Assembly: GCA_030141605.1 (NCBI GenBank)
Contig: JAQGDQ010000132.1
Span: 252,433-316,432 of the forward strand
DNA length: 64,000 nucleotides
From: Tubiluchus corallicola
Lineage: Eukaryota > Animalia > Priapulida
Direction: 5' to 3'
Below, piece after piece: positions 26,801 through 39,920 of the stretch (the stretch's first letter is position 1; each line of letters opens with the position of its first letter). A model generated the notes under the pieces. That model was not told the origin of the DNA, did not search any database, and saw only the letters and a program-made list of their open reading frames with translations. The position numbers were made by a program, and so were the translations under genes.

Positions 26801-29800
26801 TGTCAATGATGAATAAAATATGGAATAAAAAAGATTTTCTGAAACAGAACATAATAAGATTGTAATTGATTGATTAATACTTTGATTTAATGAGAATTGT
26901 TTATCAATGGGCATGTTTTTTATTAAAGCTCAATTTTTTATTTTTTATTGCTATAACTATTTCTTGTTTAGTTGTGCTACACTCTAAATAACAGGATTGA
27001 CTGGTTCTTTGTCATAAAATTAATGCCAAGGTACTATTGACTTGCCAAACTAATTTTTCTAGCCCTTTGCTGCTCGAATTACGACGGAAACAGATGCAGA
27101 TAAGAAGAAGATGTTGGAGGGCATAGTGAGTAAAGTGAATGCTGCCGTGACTCAATTAGAAAAGGCCGTTCAGTCAGAAGACCAACCTGCAATAGCTGCA
27201 GCAAGAAAAGTATGTTCGTAATTCATAGCTAAACAAACGATTTTTCTGCTATTTAGCTTTTATTTAAATTTTCTGCTGTAGGTTAGTTGCTCCAGTTATG
27301 TTACAGTAATTTCTAAGCACAGTACTCACCAATTTATATTATTTATAATTAATGATATACTGTGATGAAGCATCACTCGCCATATCTTTGTTTCTGTTAA
27401 GATGTTTGAGTTATCAAGGTGATTTGAACAACGTTTACCATGAAGATGTAGATAACAGAGTTCCTTGTTTAATACAGATACAGAGTATAAGAAAGACACA
27501 AAAAATTCCAATTTTGTGGTCGTTACAGGACTGTTTCTTTTTTAATATCTTTAGTAGTTTACACATCTTTTAAATTGTACATAAAATTAAGATTGTAAGA
27601 ACAGGTTTGAATAATTTGTTTTCGTTTGCACTGACCTCCTGTGATTTTGTACAAAAACTTGCATGTAGGACCGTTAAATATTCAATTCAGTTTAGTGCAT
27701 TAGCTGTTAGTACCATTATAATCATGAGAATTAAGTAGTGATGATTCTTTAAAACATTCATGCATGCCTTATGTTGTTGCATCATTTGTAATTGCAGGTA
27801 CTTTTAGAGGAAGCCAGAGATCCATTGGGTGATTGGCTGGACAGTCAAAAAGGGGCCTCAATTGTTGACAATTCAATATTTGCAAAACTACCTCGATACT
27901 GGGAGGGCGAGTTTCACAAAGACATGGAAGCTTTAAATGTTAGTGAAATTTATTGAAATCTTGTACTGATATGTTAATGTTTTGATAAGAAATAAACGAA
28001 ATCTTTTCTAGGTCACTAACTATGTGAAATGTACTGAACTACAGAGAGAATTATAGGATAAACTGTTCTTTAGGAATACCTGGTTAATAATTTTGTACAG
28101 AGTAACTGAGGTTTTTGCCTTTAAATTACTGTAACCTAGTCAAGGCAGGTTGAATCTGAAAGTCAGACATCTAGATATTTCTGTCTAATCTGATACCGCC
28201 CCTAGTTTTTCATGTATTGTGAAAGAAATTGTTGGGAAGCTGATAACTTAATTTTTTGTCTGACTTATCTGTCAATTGCGTGAGTTTTTTGTCAGACTTG
28301 TCTGTTAATTGTGTGAGTTTTTTGTCAGACTTGTCTGTTAATTGTGTGAGTTTTTTTGTCAGACTTGTCTGTTAATTGTCTGAGTTTATGTCACACTTAC
28401 CTGTGAATTGTGTGAGTTTTTTGTCAAACTTGTCTGTTAAGTGTGTGGGCTTTTTGTCACACTTATGTGTGAATTGTGTGATTACTGATTTTGAATTCTT
28501 CAGTATAAACCAGTTAACAAATTTGGTTATTATATTCTACTTGTTAATTTTAAAATTGATGCAGTTTGTATAAATTTTTTTTACTTCTTCTTTTTTGATG
28601 TATGCTATATTCAAATCAGGGCTAGATTAACTGCTCTATTGTCATGTATATACAGTGGGCCTATGATTACCTGTGTAGATTGGACATACACACAAGGCCT
28701 ATAATGTTGCTTATAATGTTGATTTTAAACTTTAAGATTAAACTTTCTTATCACATAATAATAATAATTTATAGTCCAAGGATAACGTCTTAAGTAACTC
28801 AGTACTTATTTCCAAGGTGGTCCCGATTATTATTACCCGCACGTTACTTCGGTAAACTAGTGGTACAATCGAAGAACCAGCGGTACAATTTTTCAAGTCT
28901 TTGGTATGACTCGGTTGAGAGTTGAATTCACATCCTCCCGGGTGTGAAGCGAGCATGCTACCATTGCCACCTTGTACCAGTTGTAGAATATAATGTAGTG
29001 GTATTCAACAAAATCTGGTATAGAGATGACAGTGCGGTAAGAAAGCGTTGCTTTTTGACACTAATTTTTCACACATTTCAGGTTTTACCAGCAGATTGTC
29101 TAACTAGAGTAAGCGAATATGTGCCTGAGATTGTCACATTTGTACAAGGAATCGTTGACAATGGGTTCGGCTATGAGTCAAATGGTTCTGTGTACTTTAG
29201 CACTGACAAGTTTGACAGAAGTGATGGCCACACATATGCAAAGTTAGTGCCAGAAGCATACGGAGATAGCAAGGAATTACTAGGCGGAGAAGGTAAGTTT
29301 AAATTTTACATATCCTGTAAATTCTGCATTATTTGAATAGGTCAGGCCATTGAGCAAACATCGTTACCACTCAGCTATGTTTGTCATCTTGTACATTTTT
29401 TAGATTGCCTGTTTCTCTTGTAATGTTTATCCCATTTGATATTAGAGCATGCAATTTATGCCTACATTTCTACAAGCCGCTTATTTCTAGTATAAGTTCC
29501 AGCATAAACTTTGAACTCTTCACTCATGTCACATAGTTTGGTTTGGTTAAATTTGCAATATGCATGGATGGATGTTTATATTTGTCATTTTGCTGTAATT
29601 AAACTTGATATTTTACTAGTCTAATTTTAACTCGTCACTTACAGCTAAAGAGACTAATCGTCATTAGCGTTATTGAATTAAGTAAAAACATGTATTCCTC
29701 TATTAAACTGTCAATGTTGTAATAAATTTTCATTTTTAGGAGATCTGTCCATTTCTGAAGACAGGCTTACGGAGAAGCGATCACCAAATGACTTTGCTTT

Positions 29801-32800
29801 GTGGAAGGCATCAAAACCGGGTGAACCTGCCTGGGATTCTCCATGGGGCAAGGTATTTCTAATGCCTAAATCCCCCTAAAGCCCTACTAAAATGTCTTAC
29901 ATGTTGCTTTTAGCCGTGAAAAGTTCTTTTTGTTTGTCTGCATACATTCCTCACATTCTGCTGTGATCATGTTTATTTACATGCTATATCGGTTTCTGCT
30001 AAGAGAATAGTCTTTGACTCTTTTAATGAATATGAAAGTCTGTGATCAGAATTAACAAAAAGTTTTCAACTAACTGAGATAGACCTGAGTTGATCTTGTG
30101 CACCGGTCAACTTGTTACTTTGTTTTTTTTCAGGAAAATAATTTCCAAAAATAAAATTTACTATTCTTGTAAAAGTAGTAGCTCTTTATTATTAATGTCC
30201 AAGTGGAATCACTGTGGTGTGAGCAATCTCACAGAAAATGCTAAATTTTGTTGGCCTGTTATAAGGGATGAAATTTGGACTGCCTTGGTTGAAAGGGAAT
30301 ACGGTGGCCTAGTGGTCTAAAGCATCTGCCTTGCAAGTAGAAGGTCCCCGGTTCAAATTGAGACTGTTTCCAGTTTTTTCACATTACCTGTATTTAATGT
30401 TTGATATCAATAATTAATCAATTGTGTGTTTGAATAATTACCGATAAACGTTGAATTTGCCAAAAAATACTTAAAAATGCACGTCTATAGCAAGAATTCA
30501 TACTAGATCAGTTTTCTGAAACTAATAATGATGATTTGACAGCTTGTAAAAATTTGTAAATGTGTTTAAAAGAAGAGGCAATTTTAAACTATTTAGGGCC
30601 GACCCGGTTGGCATATTGAGTGTTCTGTGATGGCCAGCAGTATATGCGGCGAATCATTAGATATTCATACTGGAGGCTTTGATCTGAAATTTCCCCATCA
30701 TGATAACGAGCTTGCTCAAGCTGAGGTACACAATATTATCATTTATATGAATTAATTGTCAAAATTGGTATCGTTACTTAAAATGAAACTAAAACCCTTA
30801 TTATAATATAAGTTTTTACAACTTAAAATCCTACTCTCGTTACGAATACTCAATTTACTTTATTACAAACTTACTGTAAAACTTGTTTCTTTTGATTTTT
30901 ATCGCTTTGTTGTTAGCGATTTTAAACTTTAAAAACTGCCATTTTTCCTTGTGCGAGACGAACCACGTTATGAGGTTATGAAAGATCAGTAACCAAAGAT
31001 GCTTTCTGTACCTCATACGTCATTCTCGCTCACTCGCAATTTACGGCAATGCATCATTCGAAATTTGCCAGGAAAAGGTAAGTTACTTAATTTAGATGTT
31101 TCTTTAGTTAAATAATAACTATGAATTCTTTGTGTAATTGTAATAATGTGTTAAAAAACATCAATGTCTATTGGGGTTATATAGGCCTTTAAGCTCACTT
31201 TCTGATTCAGACTCTGGCTTTTATTGATTCAAGAGATCTCTATTATATTAGGTGGTGTTTGTATGCATTTACATCACACGTAGCAATATCGGAGTGCTTA
31301 TTGGTTTTAGGAGTTTGCTAATACCTTTGCTGTTGCAGGCGTATTTTGGAAACGATCACTGGGTACGGTATTTTCTCCATGCCGGTCACCTCACCATTGC
31401 TGGGTGTAAGATGGCTAAATCATTAAAAAACTTTATCACAATTAAAGAAGCTTTACGTAAGTGTAGTGATTGTTTCAGTAGATGGTTTTCTTACAAATAA
31501 TGAATCATGTTAATTGACTATCTAGCAATGCTTTTGCTTATAAGATTAGTAGTTTGCTCAATTATGTCTGCTATCTTATAATATATATATTTATGTATAT
31601 ATATAATGTTTAATAGGGTAGATTGTTTTGAGCTATAATATAAGACTGGATTCAGTTTTCTGTTAAGTAAATGTCATGTAAACATTTAGCGAGTTTCATA
31701 CAGGTAGCAATACTGTCTATAGCTAGTTAAATCTCTGGGCAGATACCGAAAACTTGTAACTTCTGGTAGTAGATTTCCTTGGTTTGTTGATGCATTTTTG
31801 CAAATACAGAAACTTACTACAGCTGACTGTCTAGAAATGCTGTTTCAGAAAAAAACAGTGCGAGACAGTTGCGCTTAGCTTTCTTGTTACATTCTTGGAA
31901 GGATACTTTAGACTACGGTACCAACACCATGGAAACTGCTGTGCAATATGAAAAGTTTGTAAATGTAAGCATTGTGATTTAGCCTTGCAAAAATATCCGA
32001 CTTTCTTTTTACTAAATCTAAACTAAAATTAGACTTCTTTTTAACTGATTTTTTGTGATGTAACGGTGAATAGTTTATGAATTACAAAAATGTTTTGATC
32101 CATTGACCAAAGTAATCTCTTGCTATCTGTCATAACTGAAGGCTATAGTCCGTGGACTTTGGGTCTCAAAATCCCTAATGTCTTGGGTTCACTACCAGTG
32201 AACGTGCAAATTTTTTTCAGATTTTCTAATTTGGTATTGCATTTGAACATTTACAGAGTTAATTTGCAAATTTCACGCTTGTGGAATTTCTGTTTGCATT
32301 TAGCTGTTTTAACTACTACATTGCCGCTTACATTTTATTACCGTCTGTGTGAAATTAGATAGCTGTTGTTTTAGGAATTCTTTCTGACCGTGAAGGACAT
32401 CCTCAGGTCGACTCCCAGTCATGGGGTGGCAGCATTCCAGAAATGGGAGCAGGAAGAACTAGATCTGAACACAAAGTTCTATGAGAAGAAAGCAGACATA
32501 CATGCTGCTCTATGTGGTACTATAGCTAATCATTAGACATTACTTTTTGTCCACTACGTATGTTTTTTGTTATTCAAGCTACTAAATAAACACAAGAATT
32601 GTGATTGTTTACGGAACTGATCAATTTGGAATGTGCTTTTTATATTAGTGTTAGGTAGGTTTTCCGATATAACTAGCGAGAAAAATACGTTACTCTTTGT
32701 GAAGAGTCTTGCCGCTGATTTGTGAAATTAATTTAAATACATAATTTGCTGACTTAACGTTGTTTGCAGTTTGTTACATGTTCTTGCCTATTATTACCAA

Positions 32801-35800
32801 AGAACTTTTCCTTATGTTATAACCAGTGTGTATATCTAGATTCGGTGGATACACGGAGTTGCCTTGATAGTATACGAGAGCTAGTTAGCGCCAGTAATGT
32901 CTACATACGAAAGAAACGTGATGCCAAGCTTAGTCCAGATAGAACTCTCTTACAAAACATTGCTGTCCATATCACCTATATGTTCAAGGTCAGATTTATG
33001 AATCATCTTGAAAATTGTATTATTATCAGTACACAACATTTAAATTCAATTGAATGATAGTTTTAATGTTGTTTCTGAATGTTATAAAGGCTTCACCTGT
33101 TAGTGCGAATTTGCACTGGACGATTTCTCTAGCACACGCGAGCTGAAAGTAACCATTAATTTGTTTCATTTTTTCGTTATGCAGATATTTGGTGCTATTG
33201 AAGGTGAAGAACAGATTGGGTTTCCTCGAAGTTCTGCGAAGACCACTATGAATGTAGGAGCTTTTTTCCATTATTTGCTTTTTCAATTCACATGCTGTTT
33301 TGAAAATTTTTGTTTAGTGTTTAGTGTTTTGTTACTGAAAATAACTGAAATTATTGTATCTGTGTAATGCTAAATTAATAACTACGTATGTTAAGATTAG
33401 ATTAGTTTATTTCAGCACAAAAGCCATACAAGAAAATAAACAAAAAACATTGCATCACACTACAATAAAATACTACAATAAGAGCTACACTAAAATACTA
33501 TTATATACAAACATTCTATAAATAAGCATTCGTAGCTACAACGTTTGACGGTTATTATTTAGAATTATTATTATATTCACACAGTTTATTCACAAATGTC
33601 ATTAGGGACTTATTGCCAAATTGCTAATTTATTCTAATATTATGTCTTATATGTACCAACTTTTAATAACGCATTTATCTAGATTTGCTTACGTAAATAG
33701 AGGAGAATGCCTTCTTATCAGTAGTAAAAACTGTGTGGTGTAAACTGCAAAATGAAATTATTTAAAATAAAAAAATAAAGAGAATTTCCTTGTTTTTTCA
33801 GCTGTAAGTGCAGCACATAAATAGACAATCCTGTCAATTTTTTACTAAACTCTTTACTCTTATTTCAGATACCATGTATAAATGTATAAAACGTATGATG
33901 TAATTCACAGTTGTTTTATAAGGCTAGTTTTTTAAGCCTGTGATAGAAATAGTCTCTTGTTCCACATCTTAAAATAACGAGATTTTATGACTTGTACGGA
34001 GTTAACAATAGTTGGTAGATGTTTATTCTTCACAATTTCCAGTATTTGTTTTCCTGTATTATAACAGGCTTTCCTACAAAGGTTTGAAAGCACTAACGCT
34101 TTTAATTTTTTACTATTTATTTTGTACTTTTGTTATTGCGTTGATGGCAGTTTTTCAGGCATCCCTGCTACTAGTATGTAATGGCTTCGTAATGGACAGA
34201 ACTTGTGCATTATAATGACTTTTGCTTTTATTTTAGCTTGAAGCTACTGTGATGCCTTATCTGTCAGCGTTTGCTGATTTCCGGGAAGACGTCCGCAAAG
34301 TAGCTAGGGAACAGAAAGGTATAATAACAATAGTCAGATTATGACTGTTTGCTAGAGTGTTTATAAACCATTGCGTTTTATTTTTAACAATTATTACCCA
34401 TTGTGGATAATGAGTTGGAGAAAGAAAAGAGACGCTAAAAAATTGTGGGCTAGTCAAGATTTGAACCGTAGACCTGGTATTAGTACTCCCATTCTCTGTT
34501 AGCTGAGCTACTAGTTCAACATGACAAAGCAGGCCCGAGATTTCCTCCTTGTAGCACACAACCCAGTAATGCCACCTTTTAACTAATTAATGATATTGTT
34601 AGTTGCCAGCTAATTTGAGAAAAATAATAGTAAATAGTTCTACTAATTTTGACAGTAAGAGTAAAGGTGCAGCAGCAACAACAACTGCCATTCTGTTATC
34701 GAAGTCAATTTGCAGAAAATTAATACTACTGTCTAGTTAATACAATATGTACATTTTTATTGAATGAACTTAGTATGGTAACAGAATTTTCCAGTAGATT
34801 ACAATTTTCCTTTAGACACAATGTAATTAAAGCTCTGCAATGAAACAAGAATTAAAATCGTAGTCATTACTTACGTATTTACTATCGAAATGGTGAATAT
34901 TATTAATTGATCAATATATGGACTTTTGCGAAACTAATCAAAATAGCAACAATAAAACCAACTTGGCACTGAAAAATGAAGATGAAAAACCATAAATCGG
35001 AATCAAGCTGGCAAACCTGTGAAAGTTAAGTACAAGCAGCATTAATAAATTCCTAAAATGATTTAAATTGTGATCTAATTTTTCTGCTTAGCTACTATCT
35101 ATTGTTTTAATAATTGGTAAAATTATTAAATCATAAATTGGTATTGGTAAAATCGTAATTGTGTAATTTTCGAATAGTGAGCACACGATTCTCAAACATG
35201 ACAAGCTTCAGTTTTAATATTATTGAATTATTATATTCTTTTTATTTTCAGGGACAGAAATTCTCAGATTATGTGATTCTGTTAGAGATGATGTGTTGCC
35301 TAACCTTGGTGTTAGACTGGAAGATCACGAAGGGCAAGCACCAGTGCTTAAGCTGGTCGATCGGGGAACTTTATTGAAAGAGAGAGAAATAAAACTGAAG
35401 GTAATGTAGCTAAAAACATTCTTACAAACAATTCATTTATTCTACTATTTTTAGTTTAATATTCGATTCTATCTGTAGGACTAACAGAACACTAACGTCT
35501 TTTGCATTATTATCAAAAAATTTAAAAAACGTATATTTTCTTAGAATCTGTTCGTATTTCTGTTAGTTTTAGGCACATGTTTTTGTGCAACAACAAGACA
35601 TCATTTGAGCTGTACTTTTCAGTAAATTTGTCATGAGAATTGGAACTAGGTAAAATCGATAAACAAGAACCGATTACCTATCCATTTGGTGGCCAGTGTA
35701 ACATTGCTGCTATTAGGTTACTAAGCACACACAATGATCGCTAACTGCTCACCACAAAATTTGTAACTAATGCATGTTTTATGTACTAAAGTTTGGCTTG

Positions 35801-37506
35801 TACCACTATTCATTTGCCCTAACGAGCTAACAAATTCCTTATGTAATGAGTTATTGTTTGGTGTCCTAATGGGAGAAGTTCAGATCATAAACATCTGACA
35901 AAACTTGAAACCTAAGAAATCCTGTGTAACATCAAGGCAAAGCAAGCCCAAATTAGAGTAGAAAGCCTTCTAGGGCAAGCAACTCCTTCATTTGCATTTT
36001 ACGATTGATAAAAAAGTGTTAAAATGTGACCACGCCATGTTACTTTTAGAGTTTTTAAATGACTACGGAGTTAAGTTCAACACCTAATTTTAGGTTGTAT
36101 TTGTGATTATATGGATGAGGCTAAACCTTGAAGACATGTAACTGATTTTCAATGTGATTACAATGGCCAGTAATTATTAATATTACTGCAAGGAAACGTC
36201 GTTGTGTTAGTTTGATTATTACACATTCGCTTACTGGTATCAGTTGCTTTGTTTGTACAGCAAGAAGAAGAAAAAAGGTTGGAAAAAGAAAAGAAGAAGA
36301 AGGAGCAGGAGGAAGCTGCAGCAGCAAGAGATGCCCAACGAAAAATTCCTCCGTCTGAATTATTTCTTTCAGAGAAAGACAAATATTCAAAGTTTGATGA
36401 CCGGGTACTTGTTTAGTGAATGTTTGCTAGTTGTAAGATGGTTTTGCTTATTAGCAAGATGTGTAAAAAAAATTTGAAGAGCTTCTTGCATTGGCAGTCA
36501 TATAACTGACATATAACTATAGTTGTGGTCTAAATTTTCTCATCATGTTTTACAAGCTATGAAGCAAATGTAATGCTCAGCTTAGTATTGCATGTACATA
36601 TCTTTAATTGTTACAGTATTAATTTAAAAGAAAACAGGATAATTTTTCATATCCTACCCATTATGAAGTATCCTGAAAACTATTCATTTTAACACGAATA
36701 ATACTGCAAAAGCATTTCTGATAATTAGATAATAGGTTGAGATCTTAATTAACTGCAGAGGAGCCCAACTATTGATGACATCACCAATGAACATAATTTT
36801 TAACAGCACAAACATTCTATGAGCGTGTGTGAAAGCGATGAGTGAAGTACAGTACTACTGTAAGAGATTCAGTGTGATATACTAAAGCTTGGCAAGTTTT
36901 AAGATATAATTCAAAAAATTTCAAATTCACTGCTGTACTCATGCATGAGCTCTTGATGTGTGCACTACATCACAAACGAACACCTCTGAAATGAGAACTA
37001 CAGCACCTTTTTTTGTGCAATGCGTTTCCAAAAAGCAGCAGTTTGTGTAGTTATAATTCTTTCACGTAAGTCATTCTTTAGAAAATACTCAGTTCACTTT
37101 CAATATTTTAAAAGAGTAGACTGTTTTGACCTATAGCGTAAGATGGTTTTACTCTAAAATTTAGAGAAAAATAACATTTAAAGATTTTAACTAAAACATG
37201 TTCATCTTACTCTGCTTCAGAATCAGTAGAACTGTTTTGTTTTGCATACCAAGTGAAATCTCCTAAAATTATTACCCTCACTTTAGTACTATCAAGTGGT
37301 TCTCTAGGTCCAGATCAGCTATCGTAATATGCATGGATGTGTTTTAGGGAATGCCAACTCATGATGTGGAAGACAAAGAGCTACCAAAATCTGCTGTGAA
37401 GAAACTGACTAAGCTTTATCAGCAGCAGGAGAAGCGATATAATGATTACCTGCAAAGTATTGATGTGAAAAACAGTATTTGCAATTATATTGGTGATGCG
37501 AGATAG
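23893..37506 (+). CDS. CARS1: Cysteine--tRNA ligase, cytoplasmic
   Basis: 18 exons: 23893-23914 (GC donor), 24982-25159, 25796-25892, 26238-26336, 27063-27209, 27798-27938, 29082-29292, 29740-29852, 30597-30725, 31339-31456, 31849-31964, 32375-32516, 32840-32988, 33185-33253, 34237-34318, 35252-35400, 36261-36404 and 37348-37506. Together they give 2265 nt = 754 aa. Motifs include [69 protein letters not shown] and KMAKS. Confidence 0.97.
26005..26063. repeat. (GTAGTG)n-like microsatellite
   Basis: Imperfect gtagtg/gtagtt tandem. It explains the poly-Val and poly-Thr ORFs in the track. Confidence 0.85.
28250..28482. repeat. ~32-bp minisatellite, ~7 copies
   Basis: The unit ttttttgtcagacttgtctgttaattgtgtgag is repeated with divergence. 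Confidence 0.9.
28800..28971 (-). mobile_element. tRNA-derived SINE with a conserved central domain
   Basis: The minus strand reads ggtggcaatggtagcatgctcgc...gtgaattcaactc (A/B boxes), followed by ccgagtcataccaaagacttgaaaaattgtacc, which resembles a central domain widespread in metazoan SINEs. Confidence 0.7.
30296..30379 (+). pseudogene. tRNA-Ala(UGC)-like pseudogene or short SINE
   Basis: A box tggcctagtgg, anticodon arm tctgc-CTTGCAA-gtaga, B box ggttcaaat, a partial acceptor stem and a T6 terminator are present. The T-stem is broken. Confidence 0.6.
34450..34520 (-). mobile_element. tRNA-derived SINE head
   Basis: The minus strand reads tagtagctcagctaacagag...ggttcaaatcttgac, containing A and B boxes. 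Confidence 0.55.
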
Positions 37507-39920
37507 ACATCTGTATGGATTTATTTCTCTTTCGTATGGGTAGTGTTTATGGTTGCGTTGCCCAGTTGCAGTAATATGGTAATGAGATGCTAAAACAACT
37601 CAAAGGTAAACGGTAATTTAAGGTAAGCGAGAGATGGTGTTAACCTCAGCTGCAGCTAGTGCCTTAGGTGATGGAATATGTCTGGAAGATCGGAACACGG
37701 TTGTATTTTATGTGATTCAAGCTGGAACGATAATTACATGTAATTAAGATGTCATAAGTTGAGATGCAAACTACAAAGACCAATCACGTTCTACTATTTT
37801 AGCAAAAAACTGTTACACATTTTCTGGTTTAGCATGTTGAGATTTTATTCTGATCTTGGTTACTTGTTTCTGCATAACTAAAAATAATGCACTAGTAATC
37901 AAGTGTTGGAGAACTAATGTAGTCAGGTAATAGATTTATAAACTGCATCATTAACTGTAGTGTTTAACAAGTCAAGGCTGGTGAGGATTCACAACAGTTA
38001 AAATTGAGAAACAAATCAGTTAGCAGCACAAGCTTCATATTTCTTCTGAACAGATGTCACCATGTTATACTTCATGAATGTACATTTACCGGCACTTTTA
38101 TAGTGTTTGTACCATCATTTTGTAAAATCGGTGTTGAGTTAACAAAAGTTTGTCTTCTTTTGGAATAGAGCAGTGTGAATACTTGAGAATCACTTCATAA
38201 AATGTGCACAAGTTGTTTTTGATACCATTATCTTTATTTTTAATATTTAAGCTGAAATAATAATTATGTTTGTAATATGTTAAACCACAAAACTTGATTT
38301 TCTTCTTTATTGAAAAAATTGAAATTCATAGTTTTGCACATTCCTGCATATCAAAACATAATTAAAATATATAACTGCTTGCATCTAGGTTAAAGATCAA
38401 GACTTGAAAAATTAAGGTGAAATACCTGGTGAGGACCCGTTAGAAGACATATGTGAAATAAAGCGATGATAGTGATTATAAAATGTTGTGGAAGACGGAA
38501 AGAAAGTAACACAAATAAGAGTGGAAGCAAAATGAATAAATATAAAGACAAATAAAAATGGAAGGCTTTCTCGAATTTCATGAATAATATTTCACTCTCA
38601 AAAACCAGTACATTTACAAATTGCACATCTGATCACATTTTACAACGTGCAGATGATAATGCCTGACTGCAAAAAAATACCAGCCAGTGCATTTATAAGG
38701 AATGACTGACAACACACCACCATTTTGTACAGCATTAATATTATAGTATAAACTGGGGTTACTTAAAGATGTTAACTGAACATGTGAGACATTACTTGAA
38801 AAAAGGCATATGCAGTACACTATGTAACTGACTAATTTAATTCATTAATTCACTATATTTATTATTTATGTCTGCTATAAACTAAGTTGATATACATTAT
38901 TGAGCCATACGCATATTAAATTAAAACATGATAATTTATACAAATTCGTTCTGCATCGAATTTAAATACTAGACAGGATCACCAGTGAACCTTTAATAAT
39001 ATGTTTATACAATATAAACCAGGCTGTTTTTATCTTAATAATAACTATGAGAAAGCTCTCCTGTTTAGACTCATTTTAATTAACTGTCCAAAATATACAT
39101 GTTCTTGCCTATAAAAGTTAGCAATTGTTCCTTATATTTGAATAATTAGCTTAGAAAGTTAGTTAACGGCGACCGAACACAGCTATTGCTTACGCCAGAA
39201 ACTAATCACAGTTTGTGCAATGGCAGGCGTCTTCCCTTGCACATCAAGCACATTTACATGAGTGTTACAGTACTGCTTAAATGCGTGGTGTCACGAAAAA
39301 TGGGCTTTACATCATATGACGTCAGAAACTAACACTGGAGTTCATGATCATGGTTATCAGGGTATCGCCTTCTATTTGTTGGCCACGCGAATGTGACAAA
39401 AAGGCGCCGCTGCCAATCTTAGTAGATTCACTGAGCCGCACGTAACTGAAAGTTTAACAAAATTTGAGTATCCGAGGTAATTAGTATTTAATCTAAGCTT
39501 TGATTTAAAAAAAACTGTTGTAGTTTTCAATATTTTAGAGCATTCTTTGTTCTGAACTATCATCCAGTTTTCCTTTAACATCTATAAAATGTTGAATGCC
39601 CTTTGCATAAAGGCATTCATAACGTTATTTCTTTCTTCCAAGAACTTTCACTCTAATGGGCGTTCGTTGTTATGAGATTATAAAGGACATTCAGTGTTTA
39701 ATTCACATTAATAATAGCTATTTATTTCTGTGCTAATGGCCAAAATTTAGTAGAATTTCTTTCACAATAAGCTACTAGTAGCAACAAAATAACTAGTAAC
39801 CTAGTAACTAGTAGTTTTCCCAACCAAGTTGTGACATTGTGACAATAGAAGCATAAAGAAAAACCGGCACACAACAGCTAAAGACAAATCGTGCATGACA
39901 TATATATATACACCTTGTCA

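Noticed and set aside
30296-30379. Functional tRNA gene
   Set aside because: The T-stem does not pair and the acceptor stem is bulged, so it is treated as a pseudogene or SINE.
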